64,000 nucleotides of DNA from an uncultured Methylomirabilota bacterium (GCA_963845565.1 CAWJSJ010000002.1:2592001-2656000); one strand, 5' to 3'; positions 32,909-45,946 are shown, counted from the first letter of the stretch. Notes: generated by a model from the letters alone, not told the origin. Numbers and translations: made by a program.

Positions 32909-33079
32909 TCCGTAGATTCTCAAGCACGACGCGCGAATCCGGCGGGAATGACCAATCCCGCGGGAGTGGGACCAATGACCAAGGCGGCTTGTTCCGCCTT
33001 CTTCATCGGGAGCACCGGGGTGGATGGTAGCACGAAACGTCGCGAGGTCCGGAGAGAGATCCGGAGAGGAGCAGAGACG

Positions 33080-33295
33080 ATGGCAACGGGCACGGTCAAG
33101 AAACTGGTTCGGGAGCGCGGTTTCGGGTTCATTCTGGGTTCAGATGGCGCAGAGCTCTTCTTTCACCGGTCGGCTCTCCAGGGAACGGGGTACGACAGCC
33201 TGACGGAAGGGCAAGCGGTCGAATTCGACGTTGAACGAGGCGACAAGGGACCGCGGGCTGCGAACATGAGAGTGCGTCCCGCAAGCGCTGAATGA
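33080..33295 (+). CDS. Cold-shock domain protein
   Basis: MATGTVKK...RGFGFI...LFFHRSAL...EGQAVEF...KGPRAAN. GAGGAG RBS. Confidence 0.95.
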   Translation: MATGTVKKLVRERGFGFILGSDGAELFFHRSALQGTGYDSLTEGQAVEFDVERGDKGPRAANMRVRPASAE

Positions 33296-33659
33296 GCGGA
33301 TGTCGAGGCAGCCGTCACTGCGTCGAATGGCCGGGAGGCCGGGGGCCGAGCGGTGAACGTGCACGCAGCCCGGGAGTAGGCGTCACCCGGCAGCCGGTTC
33401 GGGGGGTCCCGGTGTGCGGTGCAACGGCTCAGCGGGTAGGCAAAGGTACGCAGACATCGACTATCTCCTCGGCTCCGCACCAATGTCCACTCTGTTCTTG
33501 CCGACACCCGTCCTCTCCTCTGCGGGGCACCAGAAAGGGTCACCGGGTCAAAGCCTTGCGGAGATCACTGTCCGGCGCTTCTCCAGCGCCCTGTACTGAT
33601 GACGTGCCGGCCTCCGTCGGTTGGCCCTCGTGCCGATCGGCCGAATGTGAAAGGACTCC

Positions 33660-34283
33660 GTGAACGTTCAGGAATGGCTCTCAAGACTTCTCTCGCGTTC
33701 AGCGGAGGACCCGCTCGACTGGGAGAGCTACCAGGTCACCATGGACGGCGCGACGTGGAAGCCCCTCTGGCGAGAGATCGATGCAACCGAAGCGTATGAC
33801 GACGGTCTCGAAGCGGGATTGCGGCTGCTCCGGGCCACACAGCAGCACCGCGGGCAGCTCGGCGAGCGGGAGTACCAGACCAACCAGATCCTGCTCTACC
33901 GTGGTATCCTTTCAATGCTCGACAAGGCTGATCGCTGGGATACCTACCTGGAGGCGTGGGAGAGCATCTGGGTGCACACCACTCAATGCCGTCTCCAGAA
34001 GGGGGACACCCTGCGGGACGACGGTCCCCGGCTGGCACCGTTCGTGCGGCGGGCCGACGGCGGGTTCGGCGTCCCACCGCTGGCCTATGGCATGCCCACG
34101 CCGGCGACGATCGCCGTGCATTTCCTCTATCCCCAGCTCCGGCGCAAGACGCTGATCGAACGAAAGCTGGCGCAGGCGCGGACAGGGACGCTGCTCTCGG
34201 AGCGTCGGCCCGTGGGGCGGGACGCTCTCACCACGGAAGACATCCAGGTGCGGCTCGCCCAGTTATGGGAATCCGGCGGATAA
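33660..34283 (+). CDS. Hypothetical protein
   Basis: 207-aa ORF with AAGGA RBS and protein-like composition. No motif recognised. Confidence 0.6.
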   Translation: MNVQEWLSRLLSRSAEDPLDWESYQVTMDGATWKPLWREIDATEAYDDGLEAGLRLLRATQQHRGQLGEREYQTNQILLYRGILSMLDKADRWDTYLEAWESIWVHTTQCRLQKGDTLRDDGPRLAPFVRRADGGFGVPPLAYGMPTPATIAVHFLYPQLRRKTLIERKLAQARTGTLLSERRPVGRDALTTEDIQVRLAQLWESGG

Positions 34284-34407
34284 GGTCCGACACACTACGG
34301 CCCAGTCCACGCGTCTGTCCGTGGGTCCGCCGCTTCCCCCAGTTCCTGACCGCTCCTGACACGTGACGCGCCCGCCCGGTACCATGCCGTGAGAGGAGAC
34401 CTCACCG

Positions 34408-37400
34408 GTGAAGGTGACCAGCCAGACCATTCGCAGGACCGTCCTCCAGGCGTGGGCACGCCTCCGCGGATACGGTGCGCCACAACGATACGCCGGCGAC
34501 GAGCCGCCGTTGCGAGCGGAACTGTTCAGCAGCGACCAGATGGAGCACCATGGAAAGGCGCTCGCTGGGGCACACCGGGTGGGAGTGCGCGGCGGCCCGG
34601 ACAAACTGCTGAGCCGGCTCGGCGAGAATGAGGGTGTCTTGCGAGGTGCCTGCCAACTCCTCTCGGAGGCGGTGACGGCGAACCGCCGCATCGCGCCCGC
34701 CGGGGAATGGCTGCTCGACAACTTCTATCTGATCGAAGAACAGATTCGCACGGCCAGACGACACTTGCCCAAGGGCTACAGCCGGGCGCTCCCGCGGTTG
34801 CTCGGCGGCCCATCGTCCGGACTACCGCGCGTGTATGATATTGCGCTGGAGACGATCACGCACGGCGATGGACGGGTGGATCCGGAAAGTCTCAGCAGTT
34901 TCGTCGCGGCCTATCAGACGGTGACCGTCCTGACGCTGGGCGAACTGTGGGCTATCCCGATCATGCTGCGTCTGGCGTTGATCGAGAACCTCCGACGCAT
35001 CGGCGCTCGCATCGCCGTCGACCGTGCGGATCGAAACCGCGCCGACTATTGGGCGGATCGGATGACGGAGATTGCCGAGACGGACCCGAAAAGCCTGATC
35101 CTGGTGATCGCGGATATGGCGCGGTCTGATCCGCCGATGGTGAGCGCGTTTGTCGCCGAATTAGCGCGCAGATTGCAGGGACAGGGGCCCGCCCTGGCCT
35201 TGCCCCTGACCTGGATCGAGCAGCGACTCTCCGAGTCGGGCCTGACGATCGAACAGTTGGTGCAGTCGGAGAACCAACAACAGGCCGCCAATCAGGTCTC
35301 CATCAGCAACAGCATCGGTAGCCTGCGCTTTCTGGGGGCGATGGACTGGCGCGAGTTCGTGGAGACGATGAGCGTCGTCGAGCGGATCCTGCAGGAGGAC
35401 CCCGGCCGTGTCTACCACAAGATGGATTTTGCTACTCGCGATCGGTACCGCCACGTGGTGGAGAAGATTGCGAAGCGCAGTCGACTCTCCGAAAGTGAGG
35501 TGGCGCGCGGCGCCATCGCACTGACCCACGCGGGGGCGGCACAGCATGGTGGCGATGATCGAGCAGCGCATGTCGGGTTCTACCTGATCGACAGGGGGCT
35601 GCCGCAGCTCGAGCGACGGGCGGCGGTCCGTCGCTCCCCCGCGGTGGTTCTCCAGCGGCTGAGCCGCCGGTGCCCCGTGTGTGCCTATCTCGGCACGATC
35701 CTGCTGCTGACGGCGATCCTTGCCGACACCGTTCTGGTGCAGGCGCAAGCGAGCGGGGTGCGCGGGTGGATCCTCGCCTTGGTCGGGCTCCTCTCGCTCG
35801 TGTGCGCGAGCCAGGTGGCGGTTGCGCTGGTCAACTGGCTGGCGACATTGCTGGCAACGCCGCAGGTGTTGCCGCGATTGGACTTCTCCGGAGGCATTCC
35901 ACCGGACGCGCGGGCCCTGGTTGTGATCCCGACGATGCTCACGAGCACTCACAACATCGAGGATCTGCTTGAGGCGCTGGAAGTTCGATTCTTGGCCAAT
36001 CGGGACGAGAACCTGCACTTCGGCCTGCTCACGGATTTCCTGGACGCCCACGCGGAAACGATGCCGGAGGACGCACTGCTGCTGGAGCTGGCCCAGAAGC
36101 GGGTCGAAGAGTTAAACGAGAAGTACCGGCGCGCATGGGGCGACACCTTCTTCCTCTTGCATCGTCCGCGCCGATGGAATCCGCGGGAGCGGATCTGGAT
36201 GGGCTACGAGCGGAAACGAGGGAAACTTGCGGACTTGAATGCGCTGCTGCGTGGGGGGGGCCAGGATCGCTTCTCCCTTGTCGTGGGGGAGACGGCAGTC
36301 CTATCGAACGTGAAGTACGTGATCACTCTTGATACGGATACGCAACTGCCCCGCGATTCGGCGTGGCAGTTTGTCGGGACTCTGGCGCACCCGCTGAATC
36401 GCGCGCGCTACGACGACGACCAGCAGCGCGTTACCGAGGGGTATGGCATCCTTCAGCCACGCGTTGCCGTGAGCCTCCCGGGCACGAATCGGTCGCGGTA
36501 CGCGCGCCTCTTCGGGAGCGAGCCAGGCATCGACCCGTATACGCGTGCCGTCTCCGACGTGTACCAGGACCTCTTTCACGAAGGCTCGTTCATTGGCAAG
36601 GGGATTTATGATGTCGACGCGTTCGAGCGGGCACTCCGCGGGCGCTTTCCAGAGAACCGGATCCTCAGCCACGATCTCCTGGAGGGTTGCTACGCGCGGG
36701 CAGGATTGCTGAGCGATGTGCAGTTGTACGAGGAATTTCCGTCCGGCTACAGCGCGGACGTGAGTCGGCGGCATCGCTGGATTCGCGGGGACTGGCAGAT
36801 TGCGCGCTGGCTGCTGCCCGGCGTTCCAGGGCTCGGCGGGCGCCGCCGGAGCAATCCGCTATCCGGACTGTCTCGATGGAAGATCTTCGATAATCTGCGC
36901 CGTAGTCTGGTGCCTTCGGCGTTGACGCTTCTCTTGCTACTCGGCTGGACGGTGGTTTCGCCGTTCGGGTTCTGGACCGTCACGGTCATCGGCACCATCC
37001 TGATTCCCCCTTGGATGGCCTCGCTTCTGGAGCTGGTACGGAAACCGGGCGATGTGCTGCTGCGGCAACATCTCGTCACCGCGGTGCGCTCGGCCGGCCG
37101 CCACTCCGCTCAGGCGGTATTTACACTCGCATGTCTCCCCTACGAGGCCTTCTTCACTGTGGATGCGATCTTGCGCACGGTCGGGCGGCTGGTCATGCGC
37201 AGACGACTCCTGGAGTGGAATCCTTCGAGCTACGCCGATCGCACGAGCCCCGCGAACGTCATTGCCTCCTACCAGAGAATGTGGATCGCCCCCATCACTG
37301 CCCTGGCTGTGCTTGTCTATTTGGTGCTCTTCAGGCCGGCCACACTGGCAGTCGCTGGGCCCATACTGGCCGCCTGGTTTTCCTCTCCCGCCATCGCCTG

Positions 37401-40400
37401 GTGGATCGGCCGACCGCTCGTCCGCCGCGAGGCGAGGTTGACGGCTGATCAGACCATCTTTCTTCGGATGCTGTCTCGAAAGACGTGGTCGTTCTTCGAG
37501 ACGTTCGTGGGCCCAGAAGACCATTGGCTGCCGCCGGATAACTATCAGGAGCATTCCGTGGGTGTGGTGGCGCATCGCACGTCGCCGACCAACATGGGGC
37601 TTGCGCTCCTCGCCAATCTGTCCGCCTACGACTTCGGTTACCTTCCGGCCGGACGACTGATCGAGCGTACGGCGAATGCATTCGGCACCATGGAAACCCT
37701 GGAGCGGCACCGCGGCCACTTCTACAACTGGTACGACACGCTCTCTCTGAAACCACTGCCGCCCACATACGTCTCGACCGTGGACAGCGGGAACCTCGCG
37801 GCCGATCTGATGACTTTGCGGCCGGGTTTGCTCGCACTCCGCGATCACACGATCGTGGGCGCGCGGTTGTTTGAGGGGCTTCGCGATACGGCAGCGATTC
37901 TCGCGGACGCCGCAGGGGGAGCCGCTTCCGCCCGGCTCGCGCAACTTCGGAAGGATCTGGCGACGACCTGCGGTTCGCGGCCAACCACGCTCACGGCCAC
38001 GCGACGCTGCCTCGACCGGCTGGTGACATCGGCAGAGGAGGTGGTAGCGAGCCTCGATGGTGACCCCGAAAGCCCGGCACCGCGTTGGGCACGGACCTTC
38101 GCCCGGCAATGCCAGGACGCGCTCGATGAGTTGGCGTTTCTCGCTCCCTGGATTCTGCTGCCAACCGCTCAGGATAGGCGCGGCGACCTTGGCATCCTGG
38201 ATGAGATTCCAACGCTGCGCGAACTGGCACAGGGTGACGCGGACTCGCCGCCGGCAACCGCGGATCGGCTCGGATTGGGCGCGACCCCCGAGGAGCGCGA
38301 GCGGTGTGGTGAGTTCGGGCGACTCGTGGCGGTCGCGCGCGGTCGCGCCAGAGCCCGGATCGCGGCGATCGACCTCCTGGCGCTGCAATCCGGCGAATTC
38401 GCCCGTATGGAGTATGACTTCCTGTTTGACGAGGCGCGTCATTTACTGGCTATCGGGTATAACGTGGGTGAGCGGCGGCGGGACGCGAGTTTCTATGACC
38501 TGCTGGCTTCGGAAGCACGATTGTGCAATTTCGTCGCGATCGCACAGGGACAACTGCCGCAGGAAAGCTGGTTTGCGCTCGGGCGCCTGCTGACGACCGC
38601 TGGTGGAGGGCCCATTCTCCTTTCGTGGAGCGGTTCCATGTTCGAGTATCTCATGCCGCTCCTGGTGATGCCGTCCTACGAAAACACCCTGCTCGACCAG
38701 ACCTGCAAGGCGGCGGTGAAGAGGCAGATCGAGTACGGGAGGCAGCGCGGCGTGCCGTGGGGCATGTCGGAATCGGGCTACAACATGGTCGACGTGCGTC
38801 TCACCTACCAGTACCGCGCATTTGGCGTGCCCGGCCTGGGGCTCAAGCGCGGACTCGCCGAGGATCTGGTTATTGCGCCGTACGCTTCGGCTTTGGCGTT
38901 GATGGTGGCGCCCGAGGAGGCGTGTCTGAATCTGCAGCGCCTCGCCACGGAAGGGCTGGAAGGCAAATACGGCTTCTATGAAGCGATCGACTACACTCCG
39001 TCGCGTCTGCCACGCGGAAAATCGAGCGCCGTGGTCCGCTCCTTCATGGCTCACCACCAGGGCATGAGCTTTCTCGCGCTGGCCTCTCTGCTCCTGGATC
39101 GTCCCATGCAGCAACGATTCGAGTCCGATCCGCAGTTCCAGGCGACCACTCTGTTGCTCCAGGAGCGAGTGCCAAGGGCCGCGGCGTTCTATTCGCCCGC
39201 CGCCGAACTCTCCGACCTCCGGACGACTCCCGGTGGTGCGGAGACACGGGTGCGCGTTTTCAGCAGCCCGGACACGCCGATCCCTGAAGTACAGTTATTG
39301 TCGAACGGCAGATACCACGTGATGGTCACGAACGCGGGGGGCGGATACAGCCGCTGGAAGGATCTCGCAGTCACGCGCTGGCGCGAAGACACTACCTGTG
39401 ACAACTGGGGCACGTTTTGTTACCTCCGCGACGTGACGAGTGGGGCGTTCTGGTCGACCGCATATCAGCCGACCCGCAAGCAATCGGACAACTCCGAAGC
39501 GATCTTCTCCCATGCGCGGGCGGAGTTCCGCCGCCGCGACTACGACTTCGACACGCATACGGAAATTGCCGTCTCGCCCGAGGATGATATCGAACTCCGC
39601 CGAATCACCATCACCAACCGCTCCCGGAGGAGCAGGGCGATCGAGGTCACGAGTTACGCCGAAGTCGTTCTGGCATCGCCTGCCGCGGACGCACTGCATC
39701 CGGCGTTCAGCAACCTGTTTGTTCAGACGGAGTTACTCCCCCAACCCAACGCCATCCTCTGCACCCGCCGGCCCCGGTCCCCCGGCGAACCCGTGCCCTG
39801 GATGTTTCACCTGATGGCCGTGCACGGGGCAGACCTCGGAGAGGTGTCCTATGAGACCGACCGCTTGCGGTTCATCGGCCGCGGGCACACGGTCGCCGAT
39901 CCGGACGCCATGAGAGGATCCGAAGCGCTCTCGAACAGCCAGGGCTCCGTGCTCGACCCGATTGTCGCGATCCGTCGTCGCATCACGCTCGATCCTGAAA
40001 AAACGGCAACGATCAACGTCGTCACAGGCATCGGGGAGACCCGCGACGCCGCCGTGAGTCTTGTCGAGAAATACCGGGATCGGCGCCTCGCGGATCGCGT
40101 CTTCGACCTGGCGTGGACCCATAGCCAGGTGGTCCTGCGTCAACTCAACGCCACGGAGGCCGACGCGCAACTCTACGAACACCTTGCCGGCGCGGTCATC
40201 TATGCCAATGCCTCACTGCGAGCCGACGCGAGCGTTCTCGGCAGGAACCGCCGCGGGCAATCCGGCCTGTGGGGCTATTCCATTTCGGGCGATTTGCCGA
40301 TCGTGCTGCTGCAGATCGGAGACCCGGCCAATATCGATCTGGTACGCGAACTTGTCCAGGCCCACGCATACTGGCGGTTGAAAGGACTGGCGGTGGACCT

Positions 40401-43128
40401 GGTGATCTGGAACGAGGATCACGCCGGTTACCGGCAACTGCTCCACGAACAAATCATGGGGCTGATTGCCGCAGGGCTCGAAGCGAACGTGACCGATCGA
40501 CCGGGCGGCATCTTTGTGCGCGCCGCGGACCAGATTCCGAACGAGGACCGCATTCTCCTCCAGGCGGTCGCTCGCGCCATCCTGACCGACAGCCAGGGGA
40601 CGCTGTGGGACCAGATCCACCGTCGCCGCCTGCCGGAGGTGCGCGTTCCGCGGTTCACGCCGACCAGCACGCACCGCCTTGAGCCGGTAGCGACCCCAGG
40701 TCAGCCTCGGCATGATCTGATCTTCTTCAACGGCCTGGGGGGGTTCACCCCGGATGGGCGCGAGTACGTGGTCACGACGGCGCACGGACAGGCAACGCCG
40801 GCTCCGTGGGTGAATGTGCTCGCCAACCCACAGTTCGGTACCGTCATCTCGGAGAGCGGCGCCGCCTGCACCTGGAGCGAGAACGCCCACGAGTTCCGGC
40901 TCACCCCCTGGTCCAATGACCCGGTGAGCGACCCTGGTGGCGAGGCGTTCTACCTCCGGGATGAAGAGAGCGGTCACGTCTGGTCCCCCACGCCACTGCC
41001 TAGCCGCAGCCCGAATCCGTTCGTCAGCCGGCACGGATTCGGCTACAGCGTCTTCGAGCACACCGAGGGCGGTATCCATTCGGAGTTGTGGGTGTACGTG
41101 GCCGTGGATGCGCCGATTAAGTTCGGGGTGTTGAAAGTGCGGAACGAGTCCGGCCGATTCCGCCGGCTCTCTGCCGCGGGGTACGCCGAATGGGTGTTGG
41201 GAGATCTGCGGCCGAAAACGACCATGCATGTGGTCACCGAGATTGATCCCAACGGCGGCGCGCTCTTCGCGCGGAACCCTTACAACACGGAATTCGCCGA
41301 CCGGGTCGCCTTCTTCGACACGGACGATGCGGCTCGGACCGTCAGCGGCGACCGGACGGAGTTCCTGGGGCGCAACGGCACGCCGGGGAGTCCGGCGGCC
41401 CTGACCCGCTTGCGCCTGTCCGGCAAGGTGGGGGCCGCGTTGGATCCCTGCGCCGCGATCCAGGTGCCGTTCGACCTCGCCGACCGGGAGGAGCGCGAGA
41501 TCATCTTCCGGCTCGGCGTGGGACGGGACCTTCACGACGCCAGCGGCCTCGTGCAGCGCTTTCGGGGGTCGGCGGCCGCGCGCGGCGCGCTCGAAGCGGT
41601 GTGGCGGTACTGGACGCACACGCTGGGCGCGGTGCACGTGGACACGCCGGACCCGTCCCTCAACGTGCTGGCCAACGGCTGGCTCGTCTATCAAACACTG
41701 GCGTGCCGTCTGTGGGCGCGCAGCGGATACTACCAGCCGGGGGGCGCCTTCGGCTTCCGCGACCAGCTGCAGGACGTGATGGCGCTCATCCACGCGGAGC
41801 CGCGCCTCGTCCGCGAGCACTTGCTCCTCGCGGCAGCGCATCAGTTCCGGGAAGGCGATGTGCAGCATTGGTGGCACCCTCCCTCGGGCCGAGGGGTGCG
41901 GACCCACTGTTCGGATGATTACTTGTGGTTGCCGCTGGCCGCGAGCCGCTACGTGCTGGCCACCGGGGACACCGGGGTGTTGGATGAGCCCATTTCCTTC
42001 GTCGAGGGCCGACCGGTCAACGCGGAAGAGGATTCGTATTACGATCTGCCGAGCCGGACGGAGGACACCGCCAGCCTGTACGAGCATTGCCGGCGTGCCG
42101 TCTTGCGGGGTCTCCGATACGGTGCGCACGGCCTGCCGCTGATGGGCTCGGGCGACTGGAACGACGGCATGAACGCCGTGGGCGAACGCGGCACAGGGGA
42201 AAGTGTCTGGCTGGGCTTCTTCCTCTGCGACGTGCTCAGGCGGTTCGCCGAGGTTGCCCGCAGACACGGCGACGCATCCTTCGCCGCGCGGTGCCAGGGA
42301 GAGGCGGCTCGGGTGCGCCGGAACATCGAAGAGCACGGCTGGGATGGCGCGTGGTATCTCCGGGCCTACTTCGATGACGGGTCGCCGCTGGGCTCGGCCC
42401 GCAACCCCGAGTGCCAGATTGATTCGATTCCGCAGAGCTGGTCTGTGCTCTCCGGGGCAGGGGATGGCGAGCGTTCGCGCACCGCCATGGAGGCGGTGGA
42501 TCAGCGCCTCGTTCGCCGCGGCGATGCGCTGGTTCAACTCCTGGACCCGCCGTTCGACACGTCGGACCTGAACCCTGGCTATATCAAAGGGTACCTCCCG
42601 GGTGTCAGAGAGAACGGCGGACAGTACACGCATGCGGCGATCTGGGCGGCGATGGGGTTCGCCGCACTGGGCGACAGCCGGCGGGCGTGGGAATTGATGG
42701 CGCTGCTCAATCCGGTGAACCATGCCACGTCGCCGGAGGCGGTGGCGACCTACAAAGTCGAGCCGTACGTCGTCGCGGCGGACGTCTATGCCCTCTCGCC
42801 GCACATTGGCCGCGGGGGATGGACCTGGTATACGGGCTCGGCCGGCTGGATGTACCGGTTGATCGTGGAATCGCTCCTGGGGCTGAGGCTGGAGGTAGAC
42901 AGACTGCGAGTTGAGCCGTGTCTCCCGGCAGATTGGGTCGGATTCACGGTGCACTACCGGTATCGGGACACCGTGTACCACGTCGCCGTCCTGCACACGA
43001 GCGCCGGGAACGGCGAGAAGAGTGTGACGGTCGATGGGGTTCCGCAGGACGACCAAACGATTCCCCTGGTGGACGACCGTCAGGAGCACGCGGTCGAGGT
43101 GAGGATCCCGGGCCCAGCGGGCTGCTGA
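34408..43128 (+). CDS. ndvB: Cyclic beta-1,2-glucan synthase (Cgs/NdvB/ChvB type; GT84 plus GH94 phosphorylase domain)
   Basis: 2906 aa. [104 protein letters not shown]. Confidence 0.92.
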   Translation: MKVTSQTIRRTVLQAWARLRGYGAPQRYAGDEPPLRAELFSSDQMEHHGKALAGAHRVGVRGGPDKLLSRLGENEGVLRGACQLLSEAVTANRRIAPAGEWLLDNFYLIEEQIRTARRHLPKGYSRALPRLLGGPSSGLPRVYDIALETITHGDGRVDPESLSSFVAAYQTVTVLTLGELWAIPIMLRLALIENLRRIGARIAVDRADRNRADYWADRMTEIAETDPKSLILVIADMARSDPPMVSAFVAELARRLQGQGPALALPLTWIEQRLSESGLTIEQLVQSENQQQAANQVSISNSIGSLRFLGAMDWREFVETMSVVERILQEDPGRVYHKMDFATRDRYRHVVEKIAKRSRLSESEVARGAIALTHAGAAQHGGDDRAAHVGFYLIDRGLPQLERRAAVRRSPAVVLQRLSRRCPVCAYLGTILLLTAILADTVLVQAQASGVRGWILALVGLLSLVCASQVAVALVNWLATLLATPQVLPRLDFSGGIPPDARALVVIPTMLTSTHNIEDLLEALEVRFLANRDENLHFGLLTDFLDAHAETMPEDALLLELAQKRVEELNEKYRRAWGDTFFLLHRPRRWNPRERIWMGYERKRGKLADLNALLRGGGQDRFSLVVGETAVLSNVKYVITLDTDTQLPRDSAWQFVGTLAHPLNRARYDDDQQRVTEGYGILQPRVAVSLPGTNRSRYARLFGSEPGIDPYTRAVSDVYQDLFHEGSFIGKGIYDVDAFERALRGRFPENRILSHDLLEGCYARAGLLSDVQLYEEFPSGYSADVSRRHRWIRGDWQIARWLLPGVPGLGGRRRSNPLSGLSRWKIFDNLRRSLVPSALTLLLLLGWTVVSPFGFWTVTVIGTILIPPWMASLLELVRKPGDVLLRQHLVTAVRSAGRHSAQAVFTLACLPYEAFFTVDAILRTVGRLVMRRRLLEWNPSSYADRTSPANVIASYQRMWIAPITALAVLVYLVLFRPATLAVAGPILAAWFSSPAIAWWIGRPLVRREARLTADQTIFLRMLSRKTWSFFETFVGPEDHWLPPDNYQEHSVGVVAHRTSPTNMGLALLANLSAYDFGYLPAGRLIERTANAFGTMETLERHRGHFYNWYDTLSLKPLPPTYVSTVDSGNLAADLMTLRPGLLALRDHTIVGARLFEGLRDTAAILADAAGGAASARLAQLRKDLATTCGSRPTTLTATRRCLDRLVTSAEEVVASLDGDPESPAPRWARTFARQCQDALDELAFLAPWILLPTAQDRRGDLGILDEIPTLRELAQGDADSPPATADRLGLGATPEERERCGEFGRLVAVARGRARARIAAIDLLALQSGEFARMEYDFLFDEARHLLAIGYNVGERRRDASFYDLLASEARLCNFVAIAQGQLPQESWFALGRLLTTAGGGPILLSWSGSMFEYLMPLLVMPSYENTLLDQTCKAAVKRQIEYGRQRGVPWGMSESGYNMVDVRLTYQYRAFGVPGLGLKRGLAEDLVIAPYASALALMVAPEEACLNLQRLATEGLEGKYGFYEAIDYTPSRLPRGKSSAVVRSFMAHHQGMSFLALASLLLDRPMQQRFESDPQFQATTLLLQERVPRAAAFYSPAAELSDLRTTPGGAETRVRVFSSPDTPIPEVQLLSNGRYHVMVTNAGGGYSRWKDLAVTRWREDTTCDNWGTFCYLRDVTSGAFWSTAYQPTRKQSDNSEAIFSHARAEFRRRDYDFDTHTEIAVSPEDDIELRRITITNRSRRSRAIEVTSYAEVVLASPAADALHPAFSNLFVQTELLPQPNAILCTRRPRSPGEPVPWMFHLMAVHGADLGEVSYETDRLRFIGRGHTVADPDAMRGSEALSNSQGSVLDPIVAIRRRITLDPEKTATINVVTGIGETRDAAVSLVEKYRDRRLADRVFDLAWTHSQVVLRQLNATEADAQLYEHLAGAVIYANASLRADASVLGRNRRGQSGLWGYSISGDLPIVLLQIGDPANIDLVRELVQAHAYWRLKGLAVDLVIWNEDHAGYRQLLHEQIMGLIAAGLEANVTDRPGGIFVRAADQIPNEDRILLQAVARAILTDSQGTLWDQIHRRRLPEVRVPRFTPTSTHRLEPVATPGQPRHDLIFFNGLGGFTPDGREYVVTTAHGQATPAPWVNVLANPQFGTVISESGAACTWSENAHEFRLTPWSNDPVSDPGGEAFYLRDEESGHVWSPTPLPSRSPNPFVSRHGFGYSVFEHTEGGIHSELWVYVAVDAPIKFGVLKVRNESGRFRRLSAAGYAEWVLGDLRPKTTMHVVTEIDPNGGALFARNPYNTEFADRVAFFDTDDAARTVSGDRTEFLGRNGTPGSPAALTRLRLSGKVGAALDPCAAIQVPFDLADREEREIIFRLGVGRDLHDASGLVQRFRGSAAARGALEAVWRYWTHTLGAVHVDTPDPSLNVLANGWLVYQTLACRLWARSGYYQPGGAFGFRDQLQDVMALIHAEPRLVREHLLLAAAHQFREGDVQHWWHPPSGRGVRTHCSDDYLWLPLAASRYVLATGDTGVLDEPISFVEGRPVNAEEDSYYDLPSRTEDTASLYEHCRRAVLRGLRYGAHGLPLMGSGDWNDGMNAVGERGTGESVWLGFFLCDVLRRFAEVARRHGDASFAARCQGEAARVRRNIEEHGWDGAWYLRAYFDDGSPLGSARNPECQIDSIPQSWSVLSGAGDGERSRTAMEAVDQRLVRRGDALVQLLDPPFDTSDLNPGYIKGYLPGVRENGGQYTHAAIWAAMGFAALGDSRRAWELMALLNPVNHATSPEAVATYKVEPYVVAADVYALSPHIGRGGWTWYTGSAGWMYRLIVESLLGLRLEVDRLRVEPCLPADWVGFTVHYRYRDTVYHVAVLHTSAGNGEKSVTVDGVPQDDQTIPLVDDRQEHAVEVRIPGPAGC

Positions 43129-43143
43129 AAACGACCCATCTGC
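43118..43143. repeat. Family B element end (partial copy 3)
   Basis: CGGGCTGCTGAAAACGACCCATCTGC. Its TGA is the stop codon of the glucan synthase gene. Confidence 0.6.
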
Positions 43144-43322
43144 CAAGACCCATCCTTCGCTCCCCAGTTGCCGCGTCGCCGAGGTGCCCAAGTGCCGCCG
43201 TGCGTACGCGCATGGTTGCGCAACCGGTCACGTCGTCCGCTGGAGCGCACAGGACCACACTGTTCGCTTGACAGGCGGGGGTACTTCCGGCACAAAAGAG
43301 ACCTACAGAAAGGGGGGGAGTC

Positions 43323-44243
43323 ATGACCGATTCGACTGGGATCACCAGGCGCGATCTCATCTATGGAGCCGCCGCTGGGCTGGCCGTGAGCCTGCCCGGC
43401 CTGCCGCGCCCGGCCGGGGCGGCGGAGCCGGACCTCGTCGCGATCACCGGCGAGCCGGGGGCGGCCGCCCGCAAGGCCGTCGAGGCGCTCGGCGGGATGT
43501 CGCGTTTTGTTCGCAAGGGCAATCGCGTCGTTCTCAAACCCAACATGTCCTTCGCCAGCGGGCCCGACCGCGCCTCGAACACGCACCCCGCCGTGGTGTT
43601 TACCGTTGCCCAGATGTGCCTGGAGGCCGGCGCGGAGCAGGTGATGGTCGTGGACAACCCGCTCCAGTCCCCCGAGCTGTGTCTGCGGCGCGCCGGGGTG
43701 GCGGACGCGTGCAAGGGCCTGAAGAACGTCTACGTCCAGATGTTCACCGACCGCAAGTTTTACCGCGAGGTGAAGGTCCCGCAGGGCAAAGTCCTCGACC
43801 GCGTGGAGGTCCTCAAGGAGGTGCTCGACAGCGACGTGCTGATCTGCCTTCCCCAGGCCAAGTCCCATTCCAATACGGGCGTGAGCATGGGGATCAAGGG
43901 GTTGATGGGCGTGATCTGGGACCGCTGGAGCTTCCACACCAAGTACAACATCAACCAGGCCCTGGCCGACCTGGCCACGGTGCTGCGCCCCAAGCTCACG
44001 GTCCTGGACGCCACGCGCGCCCTGACCACCGGCGGCCCGGGCGGGCCCGGCGAGGTCGTGAAGCCGAATCTCGTCATCGCCGGCAGTGACCCGGTCGCGG
44101 TGGACTCCTTCGGCGTGTCCGTGGCCCCCTGGTACGGCCAGCAGTTCAAGGGCCGCCAGGTGGAGCACCTGCTCGCCGCCAGCCAGCGGGGCCTGGGAAA
44201 GATCGACGTCGAGCAGCTCACCATCCTGCGGGCCACCGCATGA
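43323..44243 (+). CDS. Tat-signal DUF362 domain protein
   Basis: TRRDLI twin-arginine leader. LGGMSRFV, VVLKPNM, NTHPAVV, KSHS, MGIKGLMG, DPVAVDS. Confidence 0.85.
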   Translation: MTDSTGITRRDLIYGAAAGLAVSLPGLPRPAGAAEPDLVAITGEPGAAARKAVEALGGMSRFVRKGNRVVLKPNMSFASGPDRASNTHPAVVFTVAQMCLEAGAEQVMVVDNPLQSPELCLRRAGVADACKGLKNVYVQMFTDRKFYREVKVPQGKVLDRVEVLKEVLDSDVLICLPQAKSHSNTGVSMGIKGLMGVIWDRWSFHTKYNINQALADLATVLRPKLTVLDATRALTTGGPGGPGEVVKPNLVIAGSDPVAVDSFGVSVAPWYGQQFKGRQVEHLLAASQRGLGKIDVEQLTILRATA

Positions 44244-45889
44244 GGGTCACGATTCAGGCCCTCTCTCTGGCGCTGTTCACGGGCCTGTTCGCGCTGGCGA
44301 ATTACCGGCTGCCGGATTGGCTGCCGGCCGACATCTATTTGCGGCTGGACCCCCTGCTGGGTTTGAGCGCGATCCTGGCGGGCCGGACGTGGGTGGATCG
44401 AGCCCTCTGGGGTGTCGTGCTGCTCGCGGCCACGGCTCTCGCCGGCCGGTTCTTCTGCTCGTACGTCTGTCCGCTCGGGGCGATCCTCGATTTCCTGGAT
44501 CCCGTCCTCTTTCGCCGGGCGAAGCGGCGCACGCTCGAAAGCGACCGCGCACTCCGCAACCTCAAGTACGTGGTCCTGATCCTCTTCATCGCGGCGGCCC
44601 TGGTGGGGTCGTCGCTCGTCTACCTGCTGGACCCGATCTCGCTCCTGACGCGCACCTACACCTTCGCCCTGTTCCCGCCGTTCGTCGGCCTGGTGAATCT
44701 GCTGCTGGATGTCGTCCGCCCCGTGGCCGAGGCGATGCGCTGGATGGACATCGCCACGCTGTCCTACGCCCAGCCCGTGTTCTACATGTCGCTGATCACG
44801 ATCCTGATCTTCGCGGCCATCGTGGCCCTGGGGCGGCTGGCCCCGCGCTTCTGGTGCCGCTATCTGTGCCCGCTCGGTGCATTGCTGAGCCTGGTCTCGC
44901 CCCTGGGGCGATGGCGGCGGACGGTCGGGCCGGAATGCCCGGCCTGCGGTGTCTGCCAGGACGCCTGCCCGATGGGCGCGGCCATGGACGAGGGCGGCAC
45001 ACGAACCGCGGAGTGCATCCAGTGCCGGACCTGCGTGGCGGCATGTCCACAGGATGTCATCGCATTCCCGGTCTCGCCGCAATTGCTCTCGGCGGGGGAG
45101 CCTGCACGGCCGGACCTCTCCCGTCGGGGGTTTCTCTATTCTGCGGCCGGCGGCGTGGGGCTGGGCTTCCTCGTCAAGCAGTCGCCCTTCACGCCGCTCC
45201 AGAACAAGGCCCAACTCGTCCGGCCGCCGGGCGCGTTGCCCGAAGAAGAGTTTCTCACCACCTGCATCCGCTGCGGCGAGTGCATGAAGTCCTGCCTCAC
45301 CAACACCCTTCAGCCCAGCCTCTGGGAGGGCGGCCTGGCGGGCCTCTGGACGCCAAAGGCGGACCTCCGCTTCGCCGCCTGCGAGCAGGAGTGCAACGTC
45401 TGCGGCAAGGTCTGCCCGACCCAGGCGATCCGGTCGCTCGGCCTCGAGGAGAAGGCCCACGCCAAGCTCGGGACGGCGGTGCTGCGGAAGGAGATGTGCC
45501 TGGTCTGGGCGCAGGACAAGCTCTGCTTGATCTGCGACGAGATCTGCCCGTACGATGCCATCGTCTTCCGCACCCTGGATGGCTACCGCCGCCCCTTCGT
45601 GGTGGCGTCCCGCTGCAACGGCTGCGGCTACTGCGAGCAGCGCTGCCCGGTGGAGGGCGAGTCGGCCATCGTGGTCGCGCCCATCGGCCAGATCCGGCTG
45701 CGCACGGGCTCGTACGTCGCCGAGGCGAAGAAGCTGCAGCTGGACTTCCATGCCAACCCGGGCGATGACCAGTTCATCCTGAAGACCGAGGGGCTCAAGG
45801 TCGGGCCGGAGCGGCCCGAGAGCGGGTCGAACGCGGTGTCGCCCGCCTCGCCCCCGGCGGCGAGACAGCCCAAGGGATTCGTGCCCTGA
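44240..45889 (+). CDS. Membrane polyferredoxin (NapH/MauN-like fused to NapG/MauM-like)
   Basis: TM helices with FFCSYVCPLG and FWCRYLCPLG, two CxxCxxCxxxCP motifs, an internal SRRGFL plus TM segment, then RPPGA and four further Cys clusters. ATGA overlap with the upstream gene. Confidence 0.85.
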   Translation: MRVTIQALSLALFTGLFALANYRLPDWLPADIYLRLDPLLGLSAILAGRTWVDRALWGVVLLAATALAGRFFCSYVCPLGAILDFLDPVLFRRAKRRTLESDRALRNLKYVVLILFIAAALVGSSLVYLLDPISLLTRTYTFALFPPFVGLVNLLLDVVRPVAEAMRWMDIATLSYAQPVFYMSLITILIFAAIVALGRLAPRFWCRYLCPLGALLSLVSPLGRWRRTVGPECPACGVCQDACPMGAAMDEGGTRTAECIQCRTCVAACPQDVIAFPVSPQLLSAGEPARPDLSRRGFLYSAAGGVGLGFLVKQSPFTPLQNKAQLVRPPGALPEEEFLTTCIRCGECMKSCLTNTLQPSLWEGGLAGLWTPKADLRFAACEQECNVCGKVCPTQAIRSLGLEEKAHAKLGTAVLRKEMCLVWAQDKLCLICDEICPYDAIVFRTLDGYRRPFVVASRCNGCGYCEQRCPVEGESAIVVAPIGQIRLRTGSYVAEAKKLQLDFHANPGDDQFILKTEGLKVGPERPESGSNAVSPASPPAARQPKGFVP

Positions 45890-45946
45890 GCGCACTGGCT
45901 GAAACCGTCCGTGTCGTGAGTGGACAATGACAGGAGGGCTCGACCG

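Noticed and set aside
33296..33659. Possible riboswitch or ncRNA between csp and the hypothetical gene
   Set aside because: No recognisable riboswitch consensus or convincing long stem was found by eye.
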